Shown piece after piece: positions 1-13,720 of a stretch of 64,000 nt of DNA (within the stretch, counting starts at the first letter, position 1; each line of letters starts with the position of its first letter). The stretch is from assembly GCF_006345805.1 (NCBI RefSeq), contig NC_043012.1, positions 31,558,001 to 31,622,000 on the forward strand, read 5' to 3'. The stretch is from Octopus sinensis. Its lineage: Eukaryota. Position numbers and translations under genes: made by a program. A model generated the notes under the pieces. That model did not search any database. It was not told the origin of the DNA and was given only the letters and a program-made list of their open reading frames with translations.

Positions 1-275
1 GCCTAGTACTTATTCTATCGGTCTCTTTTGCCGAACCGCTAAGTTACCACACCAGCATCGGTTGTCAAGCGATGTTGTGGGGACAAACATAGACACACAT
101 ACATATATACATATATACGACGGCTTCTTTCAGTTTCCGTCTACCAAATCCACTCGCTTTGGTCGGCCCAAGGCTATAGTAGAAGACACTTGCCCAAGGT
201 GCCACAGAGTGGGACTGAAACCGGAACCATGTGGTTGGTAAGCAAGCTTCTTACTACACAGGAACTCCTGCGCCT
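1..275 (-). mobile_element. SINE family A (tRNA-derived head, CORE-like motif, internal CA/TA microsatellite), cut by the window start
   Basis: Reverse complement of the copy at 9223-9612; carries GGCACCTTGGGCAAGTG, similar to the CORE-SINE motif GACCTTGGGCAAGT. Confidence 0.85.
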
Positions 276-1337
276 ATATGCATAAACGAGAGCGAAAGAT
301 GTACCCGTGAGTTCTGTTGTGATACACACACCAGCGAGTGCAAATTTAACCAGAAACATACACGAGCAAGAACACGCGCATGTATACAACGACATGCACA
401 CATATATACACATCAAACAATCTAGGTAACCAGAAACCCCAATAAATATTTTGAATCTAAGAAAAGAGCTTTGCCGTTTGGTCAGCAACTGGCTAGAATT
501 CTGCTATGGAAAGAAAGGAAAAACAGCTTAAAATAATCCTACACACACATATCTGCAATGTTTGTACATGTGGATGTGTGTATACGTGCGCGCGTGTCCA
601 TTATTATTTATTGTATATTTGTGTTTGTATGTGTGCGTATATAAGGAGATGGACCGAGAGAGAGCGAGAGAGAAGTTTAAGAGATAGAAAGATAGAGAGA
701 AGGCAGAGAGATAGAAGGACAGAGGAAAGGCCGAGACAGAGAGAAGAGAGTGACATAGAAAGACAGAGAAAAAGACTTATCGACGACACAGCACGACTAT
801 AGCAGCGTTGATAGAAAACTTCCGGCACAGAAAACGCGTGATGGGCGACGCCCTTTATTTGGCAGGTTGATAAACATTCTTCCAACAGTTACATTTCTAT
901 ACTCATTTTATACACAAGATAGACATGCACACACTCTGTCTCACACACACAAACACGCACGCAAACACATTGGTTCTCAGGCGCATATTACAAAGCGGGT
1001 TATTTAGAGAATGCGTTTCCATTAGTCACTTGAATGTTTCATTATTGCTTAGTTACAGAGAACGAAAGAATTGTTGACTATATTGTGTGGCAATAAATTT
1101 ACTTCTACTCCGACCATGATGGACATCAACTACATTATTTATTGGAGATCTACTTTTGAATATATTTACTTAAACATTCCACCACATCTCCCCGCCTCTT
1201 TAAGTTTCCATTCTTTCTTTCCACAGCTCTCTGAAACAATTATAACATATACTGTGAGTTTTGCTTGTTTGCTTGTCTCTTCCTTTACTTATCCCTTTCT
1301 TGCTGTGTTTTGCACATTTACACACACACAAGCACAC

Positions 1338-1344
1338 AGACAGA

Positions 1345-1390
<46 letters not shown>

Positions 1391-1420
1391 GGACAGACAG
1401 ACACACACACACACACACAC
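1338..1420. repeat. (CAGA)n/(CA)n microsatellite
   Basis: Direct reading. Confidence 0.95.
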
Positions 1421-1639
1421 TCGCAGTCACGTGTGCGCACATATATATTGTATTTCTGCACTTGCTATACATATACACACAAACGTAAAATTCTATAATT
1501 ATAAGCATAATTATAATTAGGGTTCAGCAAAAATCGCTTCCCCACATAACAAAATTTAGAAATAGCAGTTAAATACTATTTAACTGCTATTTCTGGAATA
1601 GTATTTAAGTGCTATTTCTAAATTTCGGTATGTGGTGAA

Positions 1640-2335
1640 AGGGTCATAAAGCGAACCATTTCTGCATCGTATTGTTACGTGTAATGAAAAATGAGTTCTT
1701 TTCAACAATAGCAAGCATTCTGCACGGTGGTTGTGTAGATACGAAATGCCAAAACAATAAAAAAAATATATATTCACCAAAAAGAGCTAATAGTTTCTGT
1801 TTGGTGGTCCAGCGCTGGTATCATCCACTACGGCTTCATGAGACCTGGTAAGTCATTTACAGCGGATGTATACATCAACCAATTGCGTGAAATGATGAGT
1901 GAACTTGCAATTAAACAACCGAGATTTGTCAATAGATACAGACCAATTCTTCTGCAAGACAATGCTTGACAACATGTGGCACAAAAATGCTACTCAAGTT
2001 ACAGGAACTGAACCTGGAAGTACTCTGTCATTTACCATATTCACCAGGCCTTGCACCAACTGACTATCACGTTCTCCTGGAATTAGACATTTTTTTGCTA
2101 GAAAAAAAAAAAAAACTTCCAATCTGAAGGAGATGCAAAAACAGCCTTCCGTGATTTCACCTCCTCTTGCTCTCCAGAGCTCTTCGCTGTCAGCATAAAT
2201 AAGCTACCGATAAAATGGCAAAATTGTGTTGATAATTCAGGTGCATACTTTAGTTAACTGCATTGCATTTTGTTGAGATAAAGTAAAATAAACTTTCAGT
2301 TCAAACTCGGACATTTCATTCTTAATGACCTGATA
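1640..2335 (+). mobile_element. Decayed mariner transposase 3' half with probable right TIR
   Basis: Hand translation gives FLHRIVTCNEK*V (WVPHEL-downstream DEKW motif), LIVSVWWSSAGIIHY, PILLQDNA*QHVA, HLPYSPGLAPTDYH (YSPDLAP-D motif) and NKLPIKWQNCVDNSGAYF; ends in ...AATGACCTGATA. Confidence 0.85.
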
Positions 2336-2337
2336 TT

Positions 2338-2352
2338 CTATATAATATATAT

Positions 2353-2429
<77 letters not shown>

Positions 2430-2455
2430 ATATCTATTTATATAATATAATAATA

Positions 2456-2504
<49 letters not shown>

Positions 2505-2537
2505 TACAATATATATATATATATTATATATATATAT

Positions 2538-2626
<89 letters not shown>
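2338..2626. repeat. (TA)n microsatellite
   Basis: Direct reading. Confidence 0.95.
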
Positions 2627-2630
<4 letters not shown>

Positions 2631-3084
2631 ATGTATAAATTTCTTGTCTTCCTGTACTTGTTATGTAGCGTGTGTGTGTGTGTTGGTGTCGGTGTGTACG
2701 TATTGAATCCACGAGTTTCTACACAGTTCCAACATAAGTAATTCATTTTACGAGATCCAGCCGATACTATAATAAACGTCATATATATACACAAGATGTC
2801 TCATCGTGGTATCACATCTGGAACAATATATACACACGCTTTCGTAAGCAATGCAACACCAGTTATCAAGTGAGTGGCAGTGGGGAAACACACTAAGACA
2901 CACATGCACGCATGTATACACACACACATGTGCACGCACACGCACACATGTGCACGCACACGCACATGCACACTCATTTACATACACACACACAAGTGCG
3001 CACATATAGAACTAGCTTGTCAGTCATAATCCACCCACTAGGCGTGGTTATTCGAGTCGGCCGAGGTTATTCTAGAATACACAG

Positions 3085-3200
3085 CCCAAGGTGGCACGCA
3101 GCGAGACTGAACCCACAACCATGTGGTTGGAAAGCAAACTTCTTACCATAGAGCTACGTCTGCACCAATGCTGTACCGTCGTCTATGTCACGCCTGCGCC
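3085..3200 (-). mobile_element. SINE family A 5' fragment
   Basis: CCCAAGGTGGCACGCAG...ACCATGTGGTTGG...CCTGCGCCT matches the family A head. Confidence 0.65.
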
Positions 3201-3400
3201 TATAAATAATACAGTACCATTACCTAATGCGAACAGTGGGAATCTAACAAGTCAATGTCTAAAATATATATTATTGCTTAACCGTCTGAGTGTATCTTCG
3301 GGATGGTTGTGCTAACTTATTCAACATTAGGTTCTATCACATATACAAACTTTCAGAAACCCTGCTACATAATCGTAAGATTTTTTTTATCGCAGTACAT

Positions 3401-3609
3401 TTATACAGTTCTATATTTAAGAGATGAGGAATTATGTACATTATTTATATTATTTACATTTGACGGATATTTGTCTTCATCTTGTTTGTTAACACAAAGT
3501 TTCGGTTGATATACCGACGGGCATAACGCGTAGTGGTTAAGAACGCGGGTTACTAACCCCAAGATTCTGAGTTCGATTCCAGACAGTGACCTGAATAATA
3601 ATAATAATA

Positions 3610-3646
<37 letters not shown>

Positions 3647-3805
3647 AATGATAATAATAATAATAATAATAATAATGATAACATCGAAAAATACCCAGAT
3701 TCGAAATTTACCCAAGACACCTGATGAAGGCTGGAGGGTATATCAGCCGAAACGTTGTGTTAACAACAAACAAGATGAGGACAATAATGTAAATAAGTAC
3801 ATTCA
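3401..3805 (+). mobile_element. Composite element: inverted copy of the 3' end (3401-3515), tRNA-like head (3516-3593), (AAT)n, HHR-containing tail
   Basis: A-box-like GCGTAGTGG and B-box GTTCGATTCC; 3432-3515 is the approximate reverse complement of 3737-3804. Confidence 0.75.
3716..3761 (+). ncRNA. Minimal type I hammerhead ribozyme motif
   Basis: GACAC-CTGATGA-A-GGCTG-loop-CAGCC-GAAA-CG-TT-GTGTT: stem I GACAC/GTGTT, stem II GGCTG/CAGCC, palindromic ACGT stem III. Confidence 0.8.
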
Positions 3806-4061
3806 TGTTTTGAGAAACAAAAACAAACAGTTAGAAATTAAAATTGCACGACCTCTTCGAAAATATGCCGATCCGTATAAACAAAGTATTCGCATTCAGT
3901 CTTTGTATCTTGGAAGTAAAAAAAAAAACAAAAAAAACTTGCACGTCAGGGATATTCCTAACAAGAATTCTGAATAAATCTACATCTGCTGCATATAATG
4001 CCAAGTACTATCAAGCTAAAACCCATACTAAGTTAAACGTGCATTAAATTATACCGAGACA

Positions 4062-4255
4062 AAGGCGATGAGCTGGCAAAATCGTTAGCGCATCGGGCAA
4101 CTCGTTTAGCAGCATTTTGTCCACTTTTACGTTGAGTTCAAATTCCGGCGACGTCGACTTTGCCTTTCATCATTCAAGTCAATCACTGGAGTAGAAGTAA
4201 TCAACTTATTTCCCCACCTTAAATTTCAGGCCTTGTGACTATAGTAGAAAGGAAA
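4062..4255 (+). mobile_element. SINE family B (Nin/Deu-like domain), diverged, tail type 2
   Basis: AAGGCGATGAGCTGGCA...GAGTTCAAATTCC...GTCGACTTTGCCTTTCATC...GGCCTTGTG. Confidence 0.75.
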
Positions 4256-4350
4256 TTATACCGAATCATTCTTCTTACACTATAAATCTCATCAGTCCTA
4301 AGTTATTAGCTTTCATTTTGAATAATGCATATATGTGGTCAGCACAAACA

Positions 4351-4516
<166 letters not shown>

Positions 4517-4518
4517 TT

Positions 4519-5485
4519 ACCTCACCCGCCTGTTCGGGACGACTTTCGGGCCAGGGCCCATGGACAACTTCCAGAGATCCCTGGCCTGGCAGTGCTACCG
4601 AGAAGCGCTACCCGTTCGGGATAAGCTCTACAGACACGGCTCGAGAAACACGGGGCCGACCTGCCCGAGATGCGGTCAGAGCGACGGAACCGTTCTGCAC
4701 GCACTCGTGCAGTGTCCAACAATTTCCGACCTGTGGGCTTATGTCGAACAACTGCTGTCACGTGTGGGACGAGTCGGTTTATCAGCTGAGTCTATCGTCA
4801 ATATTGTCACGTCTCCTTCCTTCAAAAGGGAAGGAAGAGCTATTTTCATCATCCTTGGGGCCATGGCAAAAGAATGTATCTGGTGGACGCGTCTGAAAGG
4901 ATTGGAGACAAACACTTTCCTCTCTGGTCAATCTCTCATCAACTTCTTCAAGTACCACTTGAAAAGGAAAGTGAGAGTAGAGAGACAAGTTTTGTCTAGC
5001 GAATGTTTTAAAAAAAAGATGGGTGAATGTAGCAAGGATGCCACCTTGAGCATAATCCTATGAACCCAGTAATTGAAAACAGAGGGTTACCCACTTGCAA
5101 ACAAATGTGGTAACATATAACAATATTGACCGAGGTTACCGTGGTCTTTTTCGTAGGCTTTTCTTCCCACGGATAAACCTTATCTGCTTCCCCCTTTACA
5201 CCGTACATCATGACACTGTGATACACGATCCCTATTGATCGTTTTTTTTCCTCTTCCCCTTTTTTCCCCTTTTTTCTTTTTTTTTCCTTTTTCTTCTCTT
5301 TTGTTTCTTTTCCTTTTTCTCCCCTTTTTTTCCCTTTTACGATCCCTTCTGATCGAAAACCTACGCCACGTTTTTTTTTGTTTCTTTTGTTTTTTGTTTT
5401 TTGTTTTTTTCATCCCCCAAAAGAAAAGCTCTACATTGTAATTTGTCCCATCTGTGTGCAGCCCTGTGTGGCCAATAAAGAATTT
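4519..5485 (+). mobile_element. 5'-truncated L1/Tx1-like LINE: ORF2 C-terminal zinc-binding region plus 3' UTR
   Basis: ORF 4335-5063 contains [16 protein letters not shown]...[19 protein letters not shown] (CCHC, zf-RVT-type) and KECIWWTR; T-rich UTR ending in AATAAAG; (TATC)n on both sides. Confidence 0.85.
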
Positions 5486-5612
<127 letters not shown>

Positions 5613-6054
5613 ATATATATATACAGACACACAGTACACACACATGTATATTACTTGATGCATTAGTCGTTGTATCTAAGAGTTAGTACGATTATTTGTT
5701 TGTGTGTTATTCGAACATGACTTCAGTCCAGACATACTGTATAAACCCCCGACTTCAAACGGACGATTAATCATGTAACACGTCTATCAGAATAAAGAAA
5801 TAAATCAAATGACTTTTAAAATATGTCACAAGTTGAGAGACGTTAATATCACGATGGTTTTATCTTAACGGAAGTGACGGGAAATTTCGTGATTAGTTAT
5901 TTGATAATATTTATGTGTGCGTATGTCTTGGAAGTTGGAGATTACGAAACGTAATACCAACACTCACTATCTCTTACTCGCTATACATACATACATACAT
6001 ACATACATACATGGATGCATACATACATGCATACATGTATGTGTGTGTATATAA

Positions 6055-6365
<311 letters not shown>

Positions 6366-6664
6366 GTATATATGTATGTATGAATATACATACATTCACA
6401 CATATATACACACAGAGATATACATGTATATATACACACACAGACATGAATCAGGTACTTGTCTAAAATTCTATTTATGGAACGCGTAATAGGAATATAA
6501 TTGAATACGAATAAACAAACGCAGAAACCTAATGAGACTATTACTTCTCACATATTACATGTATACGTCTGTCTGTCTGTCTGTCTGTCTGTCTGTATGT
6601 ATGTATGTATGTATGTATCAGTGTGTATGTATATATATGTGTGTGTCTCTGTATATTTGTGTAA

Positions 6665-6720
6665 GATCGCGGGCTACTAACCCCAAGATTCTGAGTTCGA
6701 TTCCAGATTCCAGATAGTGA

Positions 6721-6777
<57 letters not shown>

Positions 6778-6835
6778 TGATGATAATAATAGTAATAAAA
6801 ATAATAATAACATCGAAAAGTACCTTAGGAATGAA
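6665..6835 (+). mobile_element. Partial copy of the tRNA-head/(AAT)n element seen at 3516
   Basis: GGGCTACTAACCCCAAGATTCTGAGTTCGATTCC...GTGACCTG(AAT)n CATCGAAAA. Confidence 0.8.
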
Positions 6836-7021
6836 CATAGCAAGTGACCTGATCTGAGATCTTGTGCTGGAACGAAACCAATTGCAGCGTGGAAGGTTCA
6901 AATGTTGAAGCGTTGTGTGTTTCTTAAATGGCTTATAAACACCTTCCACGCTGCATTTGTTTATATACATACATGCATACACACACACACACACAACACA
7001 CACACACACACACACACACAC

Positions 7022-7081
<60 letters not shown>

Positions 7082-7412
7082 GTATTTATATATATATATA
7101 TATATAATACATACATATATATATATATATATTTGTATATATCCCTTAAATATAGGACTATGTGTTAGGGTCAAGTACTCAATTACGTATGGCATGATGA
7201 AGAAAATTGTTTATATAGATGACGACACTTACAAGGTTAGCGTCGTTCATTTCGAATTCGAAACCACCCGGCAAAATTCAGAAGCCCCAAGTATGCTTCA
7301 AGTACTGTTTCCTAAAACAGAAAACATATATTCGCACACACACGCACACACAAACAACATACACGCGCGCGCGCGTGCTCACACACACACACACACACAC
7401 ATACACACTCAT

Positions 7413-7646
7413 ACTCTTTTAGTCTTTTACTTGTTTCAGTCATTTGACTGCGGCCATGCTGAAGCACCGCCTTTAGTCGAACAAATCGACCCCAGGACTT
7501 TTTCTTTGTAAGCCTAGTACTTATTCTATCGGTCTATTTTTGCTGAACCGCTATGTTACAGACGTAAACACACGAGCATCGGTTGTCAAGCAATGTTGGG
7601 GGGGGGCAAACACAGATAGACAAACATATACACACACATACATATG

Positions 7647-7685
<39 letters not shown>

Positions 7686-7847
7686 GACGGCTTCTTTCAG
7701 TTTCCGTCTACCAAATCCGCTCACAAGACTTTGGTCGGCCCGAAGCTATAGTACAAGACACTTGCCCAAGGTGCCACGCAGTGGGAATGAACCCGTGACC
7801 ATGTGGTTAGTAAGTAAGCTACTTACCACACAGCCACTCCTGCACCT
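7413..7847 (-). mobile_element. SINE family A, full length
   Basis: Colinear reverse complement of 9223-9612. Confidence 0.9.
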
Positions 7848-9222
7848 TCATTCATATATATTTATATATGTGTGTAAATATATATCTATCTATGTAAGCA
7901 CACATGTATATATACATGTGTGTGTTTGTGTGAAAATGTGTATAATTATGCACACAAACATATGTATTCACGAACTAAATGATTAGGGAGAACATATGCT
8001 TAATATTAGCTTAGCTATCATTTAATAATCTGTTCATCTATTTAGGTTTCGCTTATAAGTGAGTAAACGAATGAATTGATTGCCTACTCAGACGTATCAT
8101 ATCAAGTCAGAGATCTTAGAAGTGAAAAGAAATTACTATTCGCAGAAATTCACATAATTTCGTGTATGTTTATAAATATCTACATATGAGTACATGAATG
8201 CTCATACACACTCATATGTAATTATCTGCATACATCAATCAAAATATAAGAACTGCAAAACATGTCTGAGTATGTGTGTATGCGTGTTTGTGCGTTTATA
8301 TCCATGTATGACTGTCTGTATGTATGTATGCATGTATGTATTTCTCTATATATGTAACACTGAGAACAGGCATAATCGTATACTAAATCCTGTAAGTACA
8401 TTAGAGTGGAAAGATATATGTAGTATGTCAAAGCCTGACGGTCTGTGCCAGTTTCCACTCTCGACAGTTGACATGAAACAGAAGGTGAAACGTGAGTAAA
8501 ATGCCAATTTCTCATAGAATTATATACGTACACACATACATGCATGCATACATGCTTGCATACATACATGCATACATACATGCAGATACGTGTGTATATG
8601 TGTGTGTGTACGTGTGCGCGTGTGCGAATGAGTTTGCTTGTCTGTGTGTGTATATATATATATATATATATGTTCATAGACACATACTCGCATATACCAT
8701 ATGCGTGTGGATTTTCGTTTGTGAATTCATTCCACTACCAAAACGTTTATAACAATTTCAAATCAATCCTCAGTCCCATGGATGACTTACGTATATATAT
8801 ATATATATAATGCGTGTGTATATGTGTGTGTGGTGTATATATAAATGCGCACACACACATATATACATAGGCATATATGTATATGTTTCTATGTGCGTGT
8901 GCATATTATAAATACAGTAATACACCTCTCGTCACACTTATACCCCTTTGCACAGAAATATTTCTCAATAGATCTTACCATTATCAAATTATAGAATGCT
9001 CCTTGTTACTTGCTTGTAGAACATAACATAGCAATACGCTGCAATAAATATACACTCAAAATACATGCGCAGTTATACGCATTATTTATTAATATGTATT
9101 CAAGATATAATTTTTATTTTCGCATCTATATTAAATTACATAATTGTTTCTTCGCCTTTTGAAGGAGATAGAAATATCAAAATACATGCTTTCCTACATA
9201 TATGTATATTGTATATACATAT

Positions 9223-9612
9223 AGGCGCAGGAGTGGCTGTGTGGTAAGTAGCTTGCTAACCAACCACATGGTTCTGGGTTCAGTCCCACTGCGTGGCATC
9301 TTGGGCATGTGTCTTCTGCTATAGCCCCGGGCCGACCAATGCCCTGTGAGTGGATTTGGTAGACGGAAACTGAAAGAAGCCTGTCGTATATATGTATATA
9401 TATATGTATGTGTGTGTGTGTTTGTCCCCCTAGCATTGCTTGACAACCGATGCTGGTGTGTTTACGTCCCCGTCACTTAGCGGTTCGGCAAAAGAGACCG
9501 ATAGAATAAGTACTGGGCTTACAAAGAATAAGTCCCGTGGTCGATTTGCTCGACTAAAGGTGGTGCTTCAGCATGGCCGCAGTCAAATGAGTGAAACAAA
9601 TAAAAGAGTAAA
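9223..9612 (+). mobile_element. SINE family A, full length
   Basis: Head GGCGCAGGAGTGGCTGTGTGGTAAG (A-box-like) and GGGTTCAGTCCC (B-box-like), CORE-like motif, internal (TA)(TG) tract, AAAAGAGT tail. Confidence 0.9.
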
Positions 9613-9854
9613 AGTGTATATGTACTTACTTGTAAACGCGTATATATGTTATAAAGGGGCGTTTCTTTGTGATAAATGCATGAGTAAATATATGCGATGC
9701 GTTTGCGGATTAAACGTTCGCATTTATTAAGATTATACACGCACATCTATCAACATCTATCAACATCTACACTGAACCTTCCTCCAGTCAAAGAGGCTCA
9801 TACGCGGATATAGACCCATATAAACTTTCATGTACATACACACACTCACCTACT

Positions 9855-11068
9855 CGTTTTAGTCTTTTATTCTTTTACTTGTTTCACTCATTTGACTGCG
9901 GACATGCTGGAGCACCGCCTTTAGTCGGAGCAATTCGACCCCGGGACATATTCTTTGGAAGCCTAGTTCTTATTCTATCGGTCTCTTTTTGCCGAACCGC
10001 TAGATTACGAGGACGTAGACACACCAGCATCGGTTGTAAAGCGATGTTAGGGGAGGGGGCAAACACAGACACACAAACACATACACACGTATATATATAT
10101 ATATATATATATAGGAGATAAATAAAAATATATGCATACATACAAACATATATGTACGTACCTACATCTACATGTATATATACATGCATATATAAATAAT
10201 TATACGGAAGTACAGGACATCACAATAAGACGTAGAAACAGAAAAAGCCAAAAAACAAAAAACAAGAAAACGGAAAACGAAAAACAAATACAGGACAGGT
10301 TACACAAGGACCAAACCCCCGTCATCAGCTGTCGCTAGAGGAGTCAGGCATGTTTCGAAGGCATAACAGAACACTAATCCAATAGGCCTTCCTGCGAGAG
10401 AATTAAAATAAAATTTCAAGCAGCGGGGCACAATGAGTACGAACACAAACAAGACGTAACAATAAGACTGCAAAATTAAAATACATGTACAAAAACAAAC
10501 ACAAGAGGACGAACGAAAAAGCCTTTTTTCTGGCATAGACAAACAATAAAACTGCAAAAATAAAAATACATGTACAAAAAGTAACTAGTAGTTACAAAAC
10601 GAGAAAATAACAAGAATACTATACAGGAAATTAACCACACATGGGGACGAACGAAGAAGCCTTTTGCTGGCGAGGACGAAAGTGTAGTAGCAGCGCGTGG
10701 AAGCAGTCTTTTCAATAGTGGTAACCACGTGTAAAGGAATTTTGTTTTATAGGCAAGGAAGAGGGAAGGAGGAGGGGGACACGCGGCGAAGAGAGAAGAG
10801 GAGGGGGAGGGAGAAAGATTGAAGAGGTTAAAGCAAAGGGAGAGAGTACCGCATCTTCAATATAATAATATTAATATAAAAAAAGGGGACCAAGAAGTGG
10901 ATCACGACGGGCTTCTTTCACTTTCCGTCTATCAAATCCACTCACAAGGCTTTGGTCAGCCCGAAGCTATAGTAGAAGACACTTGCCCAAGGTGCCACGC
11001 AGTGGGACTGAACCCAGAACCATGTAGTTGGTAAGCAAGCTACTTACCACACAGCCACTCCTGCGCCT
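9855..11068 (-). mobile_element. SINE family A split by an ~790-bp insertion (3' part ~9855-10110, 5' part 10904-11068)
   Basis: The two halves join to a complete element at the internal (TA)n tract. Confidence 0.75.
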
Positions 11069-11070
11069 AA

Positions 11071-11139
<69 letters not shown>

Positions 11140-11140
11140 C

Positions 11141-11190
<50 letters not shown>
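11069..11190. repeat. (TATC)n microsatellite
   Basis: Direct reading. Confidence 0.95.
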
Positions 11191-11193
<3 letters not shown>

Positions 11194-11585
11194 TATCTTT
11201 TATTTGTTTCAGTCATTAGACTGTGACCATCCTGGGGAAAAAGCTTGACCCAAATACTTCTTTGTTGTTTTTAAAGCTTAGTACTTATTCTATCGTCTGT
11301 TTTGCCGAACCGCTAATCTACGGGGAGGTAAACACGCCAGCACCAGTTGCCAAGTGGTGGTGGTGGGGAAACTCAGACACAGAGCAGTACAACCATACAC
11401 ACACACGCGCGCGCGCGCACACACACACAACACACACACATGACAAGCCTTCTTTCAGTTTCCGTCTACCAAATCCACTCACAATGTTTTGATCGATTCC
11501 ATGTTATTGTAGAAGGTACTTGCTCAAGGTGACATACAGTGGGACCGAAACCAGAACTATATGTTTGGGATGGGAAGCAACCATA
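11190..11585 (-). mobile_element. SINE family A, diverged
   Basis: AGTACTTATTCTATCG, TTTGCCGAACCGCTAA, TTTCAGTTTCCGTCTACCAAATCCACTCACAA. Confidence 0.8.
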
Positions 11586-11740
11586 TATACAAACTTTTTA
11601 TTGTCTAGTAGTATATTTCTGGTTATTGCGTTCCCATTGGTTTCTTCTCTACTATTGCGCTTGGCATCCATAAACCCACCCACCCACCCACCCATCCATC
11701 CATCCATCCATCCAGATGTATGTGTTGTGTGTGTCGTGTG

Positions 11741-11789
<49 letters not shown>

Positions 11790-11797
11790 ATGTGTGT

Positions 11798-11844
<47 letters not shown>

Positions 11845-12687
11845 TGTCAGTGTACGCATTATTTTGTACATGTGTGTTTGAGTACATCTGAAAAGAAAAA
11901 GGCAAAAAATGGGCAAAAATGAAATCTCATGTTTATGATGCCGCGATTATAACACCGACGATAGTGTATTTATTATCGTCGTTATGGCGTAACATGTGCG
12001 AGGTATTTTGTTTAATGATTTTATAATCCCCTTCAACCAGAATTCATGCTGATGGTATCATTTGAAGTAATTCATCGCTAAGACTCACTTTAAAAACTAG
12101 TAAAGCTAATGCGAATCAATCACCTTCATCTTTATTTTATTTTGATACAGTTTGTTCAGGTCCGCTGCATTTAATTATATCACGGTTGTAATCAAATTTA
12201 GCATACTTTAATGTCATCGGTATCAATGACAAGTTTGATGAAGTATATTATCAGGGCATTGTGAAATTATTATATATTTGTATCATAATAAAAAGCTTTA
12301 AGGTAGATTAGAGAATATACTGTAATTGTTTGTTAACTAAATGGATTCTATAATGCTTGGTATTTGTATGTTTATTCATGAGATCGTATATTAACAGTGA
12401 ATTAGGTGTGAGTTGAGTGGCTGCCTGCTGTAACTGTAGGAAAAAAATCATTTGTCTGAAGGAGAAAACAATAGATGTTTTCGATTTTCATTATCCATTC
12501 AAATGGCATATAATCAATTCTGTGACTATTAGAGGAGGATATATAGAATTTTATGTTAATGTTTTAAATAGCAGCCAATGACACTCTTGAGTTGCAAAGA
12601 TCCACATTGATTCTTCGCTCCAAAATCTTGCACATCAATCACTGTACTCATTAGGAAAGACATACACTATCAGGTTCACACTTAATA

Positions 12688-12870
12688 TACGTTCTTCGGT
12701 TTAAATTCCGCCGAGGTCGACTTTACTTTTCATCCTTTCGGGGTCAATAAATTAAGTTCTAGTTATGCACTGGGGTCAATGTAATCGACTTAATCCCTTC
12801 GTCTGTCCTTGTTTGTACCCTCTATGTTTAGCCCCTTGTGGGCAATAAAGAAATAAAGAAATAAAGAAAT
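12688..12870 (+). mobile_element. SINE family B, 5'-truncated, tail type 1 with (AAATAAAG)n end
   Basis: CCGCCGAGGTCGACTTT...CATCCTTTCGGGGTC...AGCCCCTTGTGGGCAATAAAG. Confidence 0.85.
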
Positions 12871-13554
12871 AAGTACTAATTGAGCACAGTTATCGGTGTA
12901 ATTGACTAACCCTACCGGAACAAAACTTGATACCCTGTGTCTATTATAGAAGTTATTACTTAACATAACATAGTATGGTATATTATGAGGTGTCAAAATT
13001 TGCTGTAGGATGTCCACAGTATGGTCACTAATAGGCTAGAGCTTTCTAGCTGGTAATATATAAAACAGAATGAAATATAAGGGTGTTGAAAGGATTCTCA
13101 GCGTATCTTTTTAGGTGATATGTAATTATTTGTAGAAAAGTCAGCTAAACAAAGACAGAAAATGTTGATATTTAAGGTATTGTACGAAAATTTATTTTTT
13201 CAAAGTTATTCATTTCTCAATCACACTATTATGAACTTACAAATTATAGATTGTGTCCAGGCATGAAATATCTGTCACTTCTTTCAGCGAAGACTGTACA
13301 AGAACTTGTGACGTCTCAGCTAGTTTAATTATCGTTTGTGTTGGCAACACAATACATATGATAAAATAATTAAGAATAACAAGATTTTTCATTTTCTGCA
13401 CAACAATTGTGCACCACTCTCCATTCATTTACGTGTAAAAAAAGAATTACATGGATTAAGCTTACAGCACGAGTTTTGAATGTCATTCCTTTCGGTTCAG
13501 AAGACGATATAAAAGTGAGCTTCAGTATGCAATTGTCTGCTGGAGTATGCGCGT

Positions 13555-13720
13555 ATGCATGCATGTATGTATGTATGTATGTATGTATGTATGTATGTAT
13601 GTATGTATGTATGTATGTATGTATGTATGCATGCATGTATGTATGTATGTATGTATGTATGAATGCGTGTGTGTATGTGTGTATGAATACATACATATAT
13701 CTGTATGTATGTCTGGTATT
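13555..13720. repeat. (ATGT)n microsatellite
   Basis: Direct reading. Confidence 0.95.
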
